Position numbers and translations under genes: made by a program. From Patescibacteria group bacterium (lineage in GTDB: Bacteria; Patescibacteriota; Microgenomatia; UBA8517), in assembly GCA_041742135.1 (NCBI GenBank), contig JBGSJG010000001.1, positions 3,151 to 67,150 on the forward strand: a stretch of DNA of 64,000 nt. Reading direction: 5' to 3'. Positions 1 through 9,176 of this stretch are shown here, one piece after another (position 1 is the first letter of the stretch; every line of letters begins with the position of its first letter). The notes beneath the pieces are model-generated. The model made no database searches. It was not told the DNA's origin and saw only the letters and a list, made by a program, of their open reading frames with translations.

Positions 1-92
1 AATATGTGATTATTTAAGTTTGAACACAATTATTCCAAGTAATAACAATATATCCTCTGGAATTCTCTATGAATTAGCAAAATCTGTAAAAA

Positions 93-905
93 ATGGATAG
101 AAAAATTATTGTAATTACCGGCGTAAGTTCAGGAATTGGAATGGCTTTTGTAAAAAAGGCTCTTAATTCTGGTGAATTTACTGTGATTGGATTAGGTAGA
201 AAAGACAATAAAGAGGTTAACGATCCAAATTATTTTTTCTATAAAGTTGATTTATTAGATGAGAGAACAATTAAGGTCGCTGTGGACAAAGTAATAAAGA
301 AATTTAAAAGGGTTAATGTTCTGATTAACAACGCTGGCTTTGCATATAGAAGCACATTCGAGGATCTGTCTTCTAAAGAAATGAGGGAACAATTTGAAGT
401 AAACCTTTTTGGCCCAGCAGTATTGGTTAATCTTATATTGTCTATTATGAGAAAACAGAATACAGGACATATTATAAATGTTAGCTCTGTTGCCTCAAGT
501 GTGAATACTCCAACTTTAGGATATTATGCTGCCACAAAAGTTGCATTAGATAAGCTAAGTGAGGTTCTAAGACAGGAAGTTAAAGCTTTTGGCATATCTG
601 TGAGTCTTCTAATCCCTGGTGCTGTTAAAACTAACTTTGGGAAGAACATTAAATTACCAAAAAACTATAAAAAGTCATCTTATAATAATTTATATTCCGA
701 ATGGGAAAATAGATTCCGTAATTTTTTCAATATAAGAAATACATCTGATGACGTTGCAGAAGGAATACTCTCCCTTATTAATAAACCGCAGAATATTAAA
801 TATATAAATAATCGTGATTGGGTTATGTGCACTCTGGAAAAATATCTACCAAGACAACTATTTCATTATTTATTTTTAAATTATTTTTACAGAAATGAAG
901 GCTAA
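93..905 (+). CDS. short-chain dehydrogenase/reductase (SDR) family oxidoreductase
   Basis: Rossmann motif ITGVSSGIGMA near N-terminus, NNAG motif, catalytic YAATK (YxxxK) in translation. Confidence 0.8.
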   Translation: MDRKIIVITGVSSGIGMAFVKKALNSGEFTVIGLGRKDNKEVNDPNYFFYKVDLLDERTIKVAVDKVIKKFKRVNVLINNAGFAYRSTFEDLSSKEMREQFEVNLFGPAVLVNLILSIMRKQNTGHIINVSSVASSVNTPTLGYYAATKVALDKLSEVLRQEVKAFGISVSLLIPGAVKTNFGKNIKLPKNYKKSSYNNLYSEWENRFRNFFNIRNTSDDVAEGILSLINKPQNIKYINNRDWVMCTLEKYLPRQLFHYLFLNYFYRNEG

Positions 906-1470
906 AAAATTTGGGTTTTTCTTTACAGTTAAATATATCGACAAAAACATCGAGGCCTATCGAGAAGTGTTAAAAGCTACAGATAAGCTTGGTGCTCAAA
1001 TGTATAATTCAAAACTTATTGAAGACTATCCAAAGTCAGTAAGCAAATTAAAAAACGATGGTAAATCTTTGGTTGATGGTACACAAAGGCTACTGCGTTC
1101 TGTAGATTTCGTAATTTCCTTTTTCAGCGACAAATCACGCATTGTCTTTTTGCAAACAATAATGGCGCTAGAGAACAAGACGCCAGCATTGTGTTTAGTC
1201 CATGAAAGTGCGTATAACAACTTTCCAGAAACTCTGCTTTCTTACGGCAAAGACTATGTAAAAGTTAGGAAATATAGTTCGACAAATCAGCTTCAGGAAA
1301 TTGTTACTGAATATATTGAAGATCTTGAACCCCCCAAACGAAGATTCAATGTTGTACTAAAAACAAAGACTTTAAAGCAACTTGAACAGCTAACCCGTGA
1401 GCTTGACATGACTAAGGCAGAACTATTAAGACGACTGATAGATAAAGAATACAGGAGGATGTTTGATTGA
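895..1470 (+). CDS. hypothetical protein; N-terminal nucleoside 2-deoxyribosyltransferase-like (Rossmann-like) region, C-terminal ribbon-helix-helix-like tail
   Basis: Pattern VDFVISFF..., ALENKTPALCLVHES resembles NDT/Rcl-like nucleoside-binding fold; C-terminal KTLKQLEQLTRELDMTKAELLRRLI is RHH-like; 11-nt overlap with upstream SDR gene. Confidence 0.35.
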   Translation: MKAKKFGFFFTVKYIDKNIEAYREVLKATDKLGAQMYNSKLIEDYPKSVSKLKNDGKSLVDGTQRLLRSVDFVISFFSDKSRIVFLQTIMALENKTPALCLVHESAYNNFPETLLSYGKDYVKVRKYSSTNQLQEIVTEYIEDLEPPKRRFNVVLKTKTLKQLEQLTRELDMTKAELLRRLIDKEYRRMFD

Positions 1471-1979
1471 TGAAAAAAAATGATGGTCAAAACCAAGTTC
1501 AGTTAGTTAAGGACTACGTCAGTAAGTGTCATAAAAAAGGTAAAACTGTTCTTATTGTCAAAGGTGTATTTGATCTTATCCACCCTGATCATATACAAAC
1601 ACTTGAGCGATTAAGCAAACTTGCCGATGAACTCATCGTCTTACTAATCCCTGATTGGGCTGCGTCACTCATAAAGCCTGGTAGACCTATCTTGCCAGAA
1701 TCTGCCCGACAAAAGGTTGTAAGTAACTTAAGACCTGTAAAAAAGTGTTTTATTGATTATGATTCACGAGATAGCAAAACGAATAAGTACTCTAAAGATA
1801 AAGATATCGAGCTGTTGAAACAAATTTCACCTGATATGTGGGCTTTAAGTGAAAACAACTTTTCCAAATTTGAAAAATATGATTTAGGTAAAATTGAGCT
1901 CATTAAGTATGAGGAAGGAGTGAATTATTCCACAACCAAAATTATTAGTAAGATTTTAGAAAAATATGCAAAAGCTTAA
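1467..1979 (+). CDS. cytidylyltransferase-like nucleotidyltransferase (RfaE domain II / glycerol-3-phosphate cytidylyltransferase family)
   Basis: HxGH motif in GVFDLIHPDH, downstream ESARQKVVSNLRPVKKC matching ERxxxLxxLxxVDxV pattern of CTP_transf_like family; 4-nt overlap with upstream gene. Confidence 0.6.
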   Translation: MMKKNDGQNQVQLVKDYVSKCHKKGKTVLIVKGVFDLIHPDHIQTLERLSKLADELIVLLIPDWAASLIKPGRPILPESARQKVVSNLRPVKKCFIDYDSRDSKTNKYSKDKDIELLKQISPDMWALSENNFSKFEKYDLGKIELIKYEEGVNYSTTKIISKILEKYAKA

Positions 1980-2817
1980 GAATTCCTTAATTTCCATTAT
2001 TATTCCTACTCACAACAGGGATTATATTTTGTGGAAAGCCATTCAAAGTATTCAGCAGCAAACTTACTCAAACTGGGAGTTGATAATAGTAGATGACAGA
2101 TCTACTGATGCAACCTACAAAATGATGCGTGAGTTCAAGCAAGACAAACGTATAAAATATATTCTTAATGAGTATAAACACAGTCCAGCCGGTGCCCGTA
2201 GATTTGGACAGAAAAATGCAAAAGGTGATCTGATTGCATACCTTGATAGCGATAACAGTGCTTCTAAATTGTGGTTACAAGAAATAGTCAATTTGTTTGA
2301 AAGCGATAGCAGTGCAGTTTTTGCGTATACCGCATTAAATTTTAAGGTTGATTATGTTGATAAGAATGAAAATATAGTAACACTGATTTCAGAAGTGAGA
2401 TTTGCGAACCCTCCTACAGTAGCCATGTTATGGTCTCATGAGTTTGAGGGAGATCCGAATGGTTTTGTTCACCGGTCTGATGTAGACAAAGCAATTGTCT
2501 GGGATGAAAAACTGGATTTGTATGAAGATTATGATTTTTCACTTCAACTTGCCAAGAAATACCCCAAGGGTATGCGATACATAAATCAAGCATTGGTGAA
2601 TTATGTCAGGAGATATGGTGAAGCAGGTATTTGCAACGATGCTACTTATAAATCTCTGTTGAAAAACCTTAAATACCTTAACAGAAAACACAGTAACCTC
2701 CCTCAATGGAACAAAAGTGACTGGCACAAAGAGGAAATAAGAAAGTTCAAAGAATTAGCTGACCAAGGACTAAAACCTATAGATAGGATATTGGCTAAGT
2801 ATGGAAACAAAAATTAA
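1966..2817 (+). CDS. family 2 glycosyltransferase
   Basis: Canonical GT2 N-terminus ISIIIPTHNRDYILWKAIQSIQQQTYSNWELIIVDDRSTD. Confidence 0.8.
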   Translation: MQKLKNSLISIIIPTHNRDYILWKAIQSIQQQTYSNWELIIVDDRSTDATYKMMREFKQDKRIKYILNEYKHSPAGARRFGQKNAKGDLIAYLDSDNSASKLWLQEIVNLFESDSSAVFAYTALNFKVDYVDKNENIVTLISEVRFANPPTVAMLWSHEFEGDPNGFVHRSDVDKAIVWDEKLDLYEDYDFSLQLAKKYPKGMRYINQALVNYVRRYGEAGICNDATYKSLLKNLKYLNRKHSNLPQWNKSDWHKEEIRKFKELADQGLKPIDRILAKYGNKN

Positions 2818-3682
2818 AAAGGCACTTCTCTATAATCCCAGCATTGGAATTGACGTCAAAAATATTACAGTCACTTCTCTACTTGGAGGAAAAGAATCCA
2901 GTATCTATAAAGTCACGAATCAAAATGACAAATGTGTTGTTGTAAAAATTCCAAAAACTGATTGGCAAAAGAGAGAGATCCATGTTTTTCGAGATTATTT
3001 AAGTAAACTTGATATCAGTACTCCAAGATTTTTAGGTGAGTACAATAACGAAGTTTTGATTATAGAGTTCTTAGAGGATTGCAAAACTTTAAACAAGCTG
3101 TCTTTGAGTGAACTAAAGCTTCTGAGAGAGTGGATTATTAATAAACATAGTAAGTCGTGCAAATTATTCACAAATGAATCAAGGAGTTTATTAAAACATG
3201 CTGAATGGATGGTGAATCATCCTATCAAGCAAATCTTAAGTAATAAAAGTATAGAATCTGATGTTAAAGGGAAGTTGTTAGAGTTGCAACCCAATTTACT
3301 TAAGGCATTAGACAAAATTGATCTGCCAATGGTGCTCGATCACTCTGATCTGGAAATCCAGAACTTACTTTTTGACACTAAGAAAGAGGATGTTTGTGTT
3401 TTAGATTGGGCAAATGCAATTAAGTCACCAGGTTTTTATGATATTGCACAATTTAGAAAATTAGCAAGACAATATGTTTCAAATGATGCCGATAGTTTAG
3501 TGTCCGAGCTAATGAAAGAAGTCGGACTCGCAGATAATAATGATCTATTGGAGACATTTGCACTTATAAAAGAAATCAATCTATTAAGTTATTATTTAAA
3601 AGAAAGAGGTGTAGAAAAAGATAATAAAAGTGAAATTGACTATGCGCGTAATATAATTACAGAATATGAAGAACAAAATTAA
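2801..3682 (+). CDS. phosphotransferase enzyme family (APH/choline-kinase fold) small-molecule kinase
   Basis: Brenner motif region VLDHSDLEIQNLLFD and downstream VLDWANA (D of DFG-like) typical of aminoglycoside-phosphotransferase fold kinases. Confidence 0.6.
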   Translation: METKIKKALLYNPSIGIDVKNITVTSLLGGKESSIYKVTNQNDKCVVVKIPKTDWQKREIHVFRDYLSKLDISTPRFLGEYNNEVLIIEFLEDCKTLNKLSLSELKLLREWIINKHSKSCKLFTNESRSLLKHAEWMVNHPIKQILSNKSIESDVKGKLLELQPNLLKALDKIDLPMVLDHSDLEIQNLLFDTKKEDVCVLDWANAIKSPGFYDIAQFRKLARQYVSNDADSLVSELMKEVGLADNNDLLETFALIKEINLLSYYLKERGVEKDNKSEIDYARNIITEYEEQN

Positions 3683-4121
3683 AGTTAGACTACGACTAAT
3701 AATTATCAAGGAAGAAAAGTTGTTGGCATATTATGATTCGATGGATGATTATTATTTCTACATTGGCGGTAAGCTTGAGTTTGGAGAAACCATTGAAGAT
3801 GGATGGAAAAGAGAAATTCAAGAAGAATTGGGCGACGATGTTGAATTCAAATTCAAGAAGATCTTATACATTAGAGATTTTATCCTCCCAGAGAAAAATG
3901 AACACAGCCTTGAGCTATTTATTTTAGGAGACATTAACAAGTTTATGGAGATAGATGAAAGACCAGATCCAGAATATGATGGCAAAAAGTGGCCAAAATG
4001 GTTGAATCTTAATAATTTGCCAGACAACCTCTACCCTAAGCCCTTAACTAAAAAGATCGTACAGGATTATAAAAATGGATTTCCAAACAGCGGAGAGTAT
4101 GTTGGCAGAATGGATAGTTAA
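3666..4121 (+). CDS. NUDIX hydrolase
   Basis: Nudix box GGKLEFGETIEDGWKREIQEELG (GX5EX7REUXEEXGU). Confidence 0.75.
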   Translation: MKNKIKVRLRLIIIKEEKLLAYYDSMDDYYFYIGGKLEFGETIEDGWKREIQEELGDDVEFKFKKILYIRDFILPEKNEHSLELFILGDINKFMEIDERPDPEYDGKKWPKWLNLNNLPDNLYPKPLTKKIVQDYKNGFPNSGEYVGRMDS

Positions 4122-4125
4122 GTAT

Positions 4126-5061
4126 CTATAAAGAAGCGAGTGTATTAACCACAGAGTTTAAAATAAGCTTGTCTCTGTTTAACTTTCCATTAGTAAAGTG
4201 TTGATAAGGGTCTTTTGTTTTTATTCCAAACTTCTTCTGAACTAACACTCCTAAGTCTGGGTATTCAGATGGAACTAAATCAGTCAGTGCTTTAGGTATT
4301 TCCAGATCAGTATCAATTGTAATTGACCTTTCCTGCTTCTCATTTTCTATTACACAAACGCTAAGACCAAAAGTGTTGTGTTTTTCATGCAAGATCGCAT
4401 TCCCGCTTTCAATAGAGACCAAAAACTTTGCTTTCTTATTTTTTATTTTCTTCTTCAAGTCTTCTAACCTGTTTATCGCACCTTGGTATGTTTCCTCGAT
4501 TGAATAAGGCTGCTCTGATATACCAGAGTCGGTTTTTACACCTACTACATTGCATCTATGTCCAAATTCTCGCAGCGCAAGAGAAGTGGCTGAAGTCTTT
4601 ATTATATTCTCAGAGCTAATATATACATTTGGCAAGCTTTTGTAGTAATCTGTGATTGCGTCAATTTTATTGTTTATTACAATTGGTTGCATAGCATTTA
4701 TTTCAGAATCGTAGCTAATTTCAGGAGCTGGGTTGAGCAAAAATATATCTCTGTTTAGTGTGAAGGCAAATCCCATCTCCATTAAACTATTTCCTCCAAT
4801 GTAGTTTTTAATTTCATTCTTATCGTAATTGAGAACCAAAATCCCTTCACTTTGTTTTATAAAATCATAATGTTTGCGGATGTAGTTATTTTCAACCTTC
4901 CTTTTGACAGCTTCTTTTGAAGATCCAGCCTCTTTATATCCTTGTAGTTCATTTGCACTTCCAGGCACATACACATTGAAGCCTTTTTCGGTAAGTCTAT
5001 CCTTCCACTCAAGCATCTCTTTGTGGAATTTCATGCTTCCACAGATTGTTATATTTATCAT
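4126..5061 (-). CDS. fusion protein: N-terminal nucleoside 2-deoxyribosyltransferase-like domain + C-terminal YjjX-type inosine/xanthosine triphosphatase-like domain
   Basis: N-term ICGSMKF...GILVLNY...GGNSLMEMGFAFTLNRDIFLL (NDT/DUF4406-like); C-term GISEQPYSIEETYQGAINR resembles YjjX GVPEQPFGSEETRxGAxNR. ORF-track start 5157 trimmed to internal Met (MINITICG) to avoid overlap with divergent CYTH gene. Confidence 0.45.
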   Translation of the reverse strand: MINITICGSMKFHKEMLEWKDRLTEKGFNVYVPGSANELQGYKEAGSSKEAVKRKVENNYIRKHYDFIKQSEGILVLNYDKNEIKNYIGGNSLMEMGFAFTLNRDIFLLNPAPEISYDSEINAMQPIVINNKIDAITDYYKSLPNVYISSENIIKTSATSLALREFGHRCNVVGVKTDSGISEQPYSIEETYQGAINRLEDLKKKIKNKKAKFLVSIESGNAILHEKHNTFGLSVCVIENEKQERSITIDTDLEIPKALTDLVPSEYPDLGVLVQKKFGIKTKDPYQHFTNGKLNRDKLILNSVVNTLASL

Positions 5062-5112
5062 CTCAAATATTCTAACATAGGCCGGGGGTTGCAGGGTGAT
5101 ATAATCAGATTT

Positions 5113-5691
5113 ATGTACACAGAATTTGAGGCAACTTTTACAAAAATTAATAAGCAAGAAATAAGAGAAAAGCTGAAAGCGATTGGCGCCAAACTAGAGC
5201 GGAAAGAATTTCTTCAAAAGAGAGTTGTCTTTAACCTTCCAAATGGTCATGAAATTGATGGTGGCTGGCTACGAGTTCGAGATGAGGGAGATAAAATTAC
5301 CATGAGTTTAAAGGTTGTTAAAGAAGGCAAAATAGAGGATCAAAAAGAAATCCAGCTTAATATAGATAGTTTTGATAATGCTGTATCACTTTTAGAAACA
5401 ATAGGTTGCGAAAACAAAGCATATCAAGAGACTAAGCGCGAGCTTTGGAAAATCGACGATATAGAAGTAACTATTGATGAATGGCCTTTCTTGGAACCAT
5501 TTGTGGAAATTGAGGGAAAGTCAGAGGCAGAAGTAAAATCTGTTTCTGAAAAACTGGATTTTGATTATTCACTAGCAAAGTTTTGTGCAGTGGATACGCT
5601 CTATGCAGAAAAATATGGTATTACAGAGGATAGAATAAACAATAACACTCCTAAAATTTTGTTTGGAGGGGCAAATCCTTTTACTGATTAA
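5113..5691 (+). CDS. CYTH-domain protein (class IV adenylate cyclase / triphosphatase fold)
   Basis: N-terminal EFEATFTKINKQEIREKL (ExExK-type CYTH motif) and overall 190-aa size; ORF-track start 5023 trimmed to Met at 5113. Confidence 0.55.
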   Translation: MYTEFEATFTKINKQEIREKLKAIGAKLERKEFLQKRVVFNLPNGHEIDGGWLRVRDEGDKITMSLKVVKEGKIEDQKEIQLNIDSFDNAVSLLETIGCENKAYQETKRELWKIDDIEVTIDEWPFLEPFVEIEGKSEAEVKSVSEKLDFDYSLAKFCAVDTLYAEKYGITEDRINNNTPKILFGGANPFTD

Positions 5692-6250
5692 GATACTCAG
5701 CCAATTTCTCCCAATAGCTTTCTACTTGTGCCCAATATTTAACCATGTCTTCTCTTGAAATTTCTGACTCCACTTTTCCATTATATCCATCTGGAATAAA
5801 CAATTCATTAATAGGTGTGTTTCCTTCTTTGTCTGTTTTTACTGCTTTTTTAGATATGATTCCTGTAACTTGGCTTGGGAAAGTGAGAGGTTCTTTGTTT
5901 GGTTCACAATATGCTAAACAACCTTTAATAGTTACACTTCTATCTGTTTTGCCTTCCATTAGTTTCAAGATGTCTTCAGAAGTGAGCCATTGGTTAATAT
6001 ATTTGATAAAAGGTCCTGGGAATCCATTTAGTGCATTGATGTACCAACCTGCATCAGTAAGGGCAACAGGTTTGCCTAATTTTTCAGCTGCAAATTTGGC
6101 AGAGTAGGAAGCAATTTTTTCTACATCAGTTGATTGAATTTCAGGAGTTTCAATTTTTTGTTGAATTAACTCAACATTAGAATTCTCAAGTACTTTCTGA
6201 GCAATTTCAAACTTATATTTATTTCCTGTTACAAAGATTATTTGTTTCAT
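5681..6250 (-). CDS. Ham1/RdgB-family non-canonical purine NTP pyrophosphatase (ITPase)
   Basis: IIFVTGNKYKFEIAQ N-terminus and TDAGWYINALNGFPGPFIKY core typical of Ham1/ITPA. Confidence 0.7.
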   Translation of the reverse strand: MKQIIFVTGNKYKFEIAQKVLENSNVELIQQKIETPEIQSTDVEKIASYSAKFAAEKLGKPVALTDAGWYINALNGFPGPFIKYINQWLTSEDILKLMEGKTDRSVTIKGCLAYCEPNKEPLTFPSQVTGIISKKAVKTDKEGNTPINELFIPDGYNGKVESEISREDMVKYWAQVESYWEKLAEYLNQ

Positions 6251-6253
6251 AGT

Positions 6254-6553
6254 TTACTTATTAGATTTTACTATTTTTTTAGTTACTTCACCCGCAAATA
6301 ATCTATATGCTGGACGTTTTTCTTTTGGGTACAGATAATATACTCCTAGTGTATCTTTACAATTCGGACAAATTAAATTCTTGTCAGATTGTTTTTCAAA
6401 ATCGACTATTCTGTCTAAATAAATTCGTTTTAAAATGCCTGGGCCATCTTTTTGATAATAAAAAAGATGAGTAGTACAAGACTCACAAGAAATATCATAA
6501 ACTTTTGAAGTTCCTCCTCTGGTTCTCCTAAATTTATCTTTTTTAATTTTCAT
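6254..6553 (-). CDS. small zinc-ribbon protein (CxxC...CxxC), hypothetical
   Basis: CESC...CPNC pair in 99-aa basic protein. Confidence 0.4.
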   Translation of the reverse strand: MKIKKDKFRRTRGGTSKVYDISCESCTTHLFYYQKDGPGILKRIYLDRIVDFEKQSDKNLICPNCKDTLGVYYLYPKEKRPAYRLFAGEVTKKIVKSNK

Positions 6554-6893
6554 TTATTTCAACCTTTATTCCCAGAACTCCATATTTTTCTTCATCTTCT
6601 TCAGAATAGTATTTTCTCATATCGTCGGACATTTTTTCTGGAGTATCGTCTTCGCTCCAACCAGCGTCGTTGCCTTTTATTTTTGAGAACATCTCAACAA
6701 AGTTTTTGAACTGATTTAAGTCAACGATTTTAGTATGAATACGTTCGTTTGTTTCTGTATTTGTAAAAACAATATTGTCTTCAACTTTCAACTTCTGTCG
6801 TTTTTCATCAAACAACCTGATTTCTATTGTTTTTTTGCCAGATTTAATTTTGTTAAATGGCTCTGGTCGCAAGCTCATTTGATGAGTGTTCAT
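6543..6893 (-). CDS. ASCH (PUA-like) domain protein
   Basis: MSLRPEPFNKIKSGKKTIEIR N-terminal pattern typical of ASCH domain. Confidence 0.5.
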   Translation of the reverse strand: MNTHQMSLRPEPFNKIKSGKKTIEIRLFDEKRQKLKVEDNIVFTNTETNERIHTKIVDLNQFKNFVEMFSKIKGNDAGWSEDDTPEKMSDDMRKYYSEEDEEKYGVLGIKVEINEN

Positions 6894-7552
6894 AGTGAGG
6901 AAATTATATCATCCAGTAAGTTTAATGTGGCTGAAGTTCGAGTTGACAAATCACCAGCTAAGGCATCTTTCCAAAGGCTTTCAAAACTTTCTGGTAGTTC
7001 CTCTAAATCATTAATTCTTCTAAAAGCAGTCGTACTTGGTGGTAATGGTTTATTGTTTGATAAATACAAGCCTCTAACTATTTGCCATAAAACATTTGAA
7101 ACATTGAAACCGATGGCTAAGTCATCGTCGTTTTGTTGAGCCGATTCGATTTTTATCTTTGCACTCTTTAGCCACTTTTTAACTCCAGTTATTTCTTTCG
7201 GATCTGGCTTGTAATTATCATAAATATCTTTAGCTTCATTAATTGCTTTTTCGGCAAAGTTGTCTTTATCAAATATCACTTTTGCATCTAGCCACTGGTA
7301 AACGTTCATTGGGTCGTCATGCATTTTTCGAATAAAACCATCTGACGTGTTTGTTTTGATCTCTACAACTATTCCTTCAATTAATTCTTCTTTAAAAGGT
7401 TGTTTTTCATTTGCAATAAGAAGCAAGTCTAAGTCTGAATTTTCAGATTGTTCATCTCTTGCAACACTACCCGTAACTAACAATGTAAGATTATTTTCAT
7501 TACTTCGATAAGTTGAAGCCAGTCTTTCAATTATCTGTTTGTGCTTAGACAT
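6890..7552 (-). CDS. Pol-beta superfamily nucleotidyltransferase (kanamycin/ANT(4')-like fold)
   Basis: LVTGSVARDEQSENSDLDLLLIANE = GS...D.D nucleotidyltransferase motif; 220 aa with helical C-terminal half. Confidence 0.6.
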   Translation of the reverse strand: MSKHKQIIERLASTYRSNENNLTLLVTGSVARDEQSENSDLDLLLIANEKQPFKEELIEGIVVEIKTNTSDGFIRKMHDDPMNVYQWLDAKVIFDKDNFAEKAINEAKDIYDNYKPDPKEITGVKKWLKSAKIKIESAQQNDDDLAIGFNVSNVLWQIVRGLYLSNNKPLPPSTTAFRRINDLEELPESFESLWKDALAGDLSTRTSATLNLLDDIISSL

Positions 7553-7554
7553 AG

Positions 7555-8523
7555 TTGAATTATATAATAAACCTCATGAAAATAATTCTAGGATCAAATA
7601 ACCATGACAAAGTTGAAATAATTAAGAAAGCATTAGAGCAACTACATTTGGAAATTGAGGTTGAAGGCGTGAAAGTTGCTTCTGAAATAACAGACCAACC
7701 TCTGGATAAAGAAACTACTTTAAAAGGTTCTCAAAACAGAGCTAGAAACGCTAGAAAGGCAAAACCAAATGCAGAATTCTACTTTGGCTTAGAAGGTGGG
7801 CTTCACGATTACGGAGAAGGATATCATCTTGTAACATTTGCTACTTTAATCGACAAAAGTGGTAATGAATATACTGGTGAAGGTGTAGAAATCCATCTCC
7901 CAGAAAAAGTTTCAGCGGAAGTTAAAAATGGTGGTTGGTTTGGAGAAGTAATTAGAATTTATGCAAAAGAGTATGACATTGATGAGAACTTAATTACAAG
8001 AGAAACTCCATTTATTGAAGCGATAGAAAGAGCATATGCAAATTACTTAAAAGCCAACGATAAACTTGCAGTCAGAAAAAAATCTATAGCTTTTATTTTT
8101 AATGAGGATAAAGAATTCTTACTAGTCCAACTTCAAACATACGGTCCAGACCATTGGAACATGCCTGGTGGTGGAATAGATGAAGGAGAAGATGCACAAA
8201 CTGCAATGAAAAGAGAATTGAAAGAAGAACTTGGCACAGACAAATTTGAAGTAATTGAAGAATCCAAGATTAAGAATCAATATGATTGGCCAGATTTTGT
8301 AATTGCGGACAGAATTGTTAGGAAAAATGAATATTTTAGCGGGCAGGAACAAACACAATTTATTGTTAAATTTACTGGCGTTAAAGATGAGATTAAAATT
8401 CAAGAAGAAGAAATAAAACAACACAAGTGGGTGAAATATGACGATCTAGAACAATACTTAATATTTCCTGACCAATGGGATAATTTCAAAGTTGTGGTTG
8501 AAACTTCATCATTTGAGCTATGA
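7555..8523 (+). CDS. fusion protein: N-terminal YjjX-type ITPase/XTPase (DUF84) + C-terminal NUDIX hydrolase
   Basis: N-term ILGSNNHDKVEI...ITDQPLDKETTLKGSQNRARNARK matches YjjX NPxK...GAxNRxxNA pattern; C-term Nudix box GGGIDEGEDAQTAMKRELKEELG. Confidence 0.6.
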   Translation: MNYIINLMKIILGSNNHDKVEIIKKALEQLHLEIEVEGVKVASEITDQPLDKETTLKGSQNRARNARKAKPNAEFYFGLEGGLHDYGEGYHLVTFATLIDKSGNEYTGEGVEIHLPEKVSAEVKNGGWFGEVIRIYAKEYDIDENLITRETPFIEAIERAYANYLKANDKLAVRKKSIAFIFNEDKEFLLVQLQTYGPDHWNMPGGGIDEGEDAQTAMKRELKEELGTDKFEVIEESKIKNQYDWPDFVIADRIVRKNEYFSGQEQTQFIVKFTGVKDEIKIQEEEIKQHKWVKYDDLEQYLIFPDQWDNFKVVVETSSFEL

Positions 8524-9014
8524 AATATCCCGTATCAACATTCTCATGGCAAGGCACAGATGTTACTAATACTTGGATAAAGACCACTGAGGTTGAAAAT
8601 TATTCTCCTATCACCCAAGCATACGCAGTTATTTTTAATGATAAAAATGAGATATTAATAGGTAGAGAGAAAGGTAAAGGCAAATGGTGTTTGCCAGGTG
8701 GTCATCCTGAAGATGGTGAGAGTTTAGTTGAAACTTTGTGTCGAGAAGTAGATGAGGAAGTTGATGTTGAAATTGATAATGTTAAGCCACTGGGAGTAAT
8801 TAAAGTAGAATTTGAAGATGCACCAAATAAACCTATTTATCAATCAAGATTTATAGCTAAACTGAAAAAACTGCTTCCTCAGACTCCTGATCCAGCAAAT
8901 AACAATATTTGGGAAAGAAAATTTGTTCCGGCAAAAGACATCAATGAATATGTTAAATGGGGTGAAACGGGGAAAGCAATGTTTAAAGATGCTATTGAAT
9001 TATCCGGACACTAA
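8520..9014 (+). CDS. NUDIX hydrolase
   Basis: Nudix box LPGGHPEDGESLVETLCREVDEEVDV. Confidence 0.75.
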   Translation: MKYPVSTFSWQGTDVTNTWIKTTEVENYSPITQAYAVIFNDKNEILIGREKGKGKWCLPGGHPEDGESLVETLCREVDEEVDVEIDNVKPLGVIKVEFEDAPNKPIYQSRFIAKLKKLLPQTPDPANNNIWERKFVPAKDINEYVKWGETGKAMFKDAIELSGH

Positions 9015-9107
9015 GGCAGCGGTGAGAATGTTTTGAAAAAAAACAACAAAATAGCCAACCTTCATGGGCTATTCTAGAGACCACGGTCTTGCCGCTAGAA
9101 TCTCAGC

Positions 9108-9176
9108 TGCGGGACAGGGACTCGAACCCCGATACCATCCTCCAGAGGGATGTGTCCTACCATTAGACGATCCCGC
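9108..9176 (-). tRNA. tRNA-Gln (anticodon CUG)
   Basis: Reverse complement GCGGGAT-CG-TCTAATGGTAGGA-CACATCC-CTCTGGA-GGATG...GGTTCGAGTCCCTGTCCCGCA folds as cloverleaf; anticodon loop CTCTGGA gives CUG; no encoded CCA. Confidence 0.85.

Noticed and set aside
5062-5157. N-terminal 32 codons of ORF 4126-5157 and first 30 codons of ORF 5023-5691
   Set aside because: The extensions make divergent genes overlap by 135 nt. Internal Met codons (5061 on minus, 5113 on plus) give non-overlapping genes with plausible N-termini, so the longer starts were trimmed.
1-9100. Prophage interpretation of the low-GC island
   Set aside because: No capsid, terminase, portal, tail or integrase genes within the visible part. 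The content is purely enzymatic, so it is called a genomic island of unknown mobility rather than a prophage.
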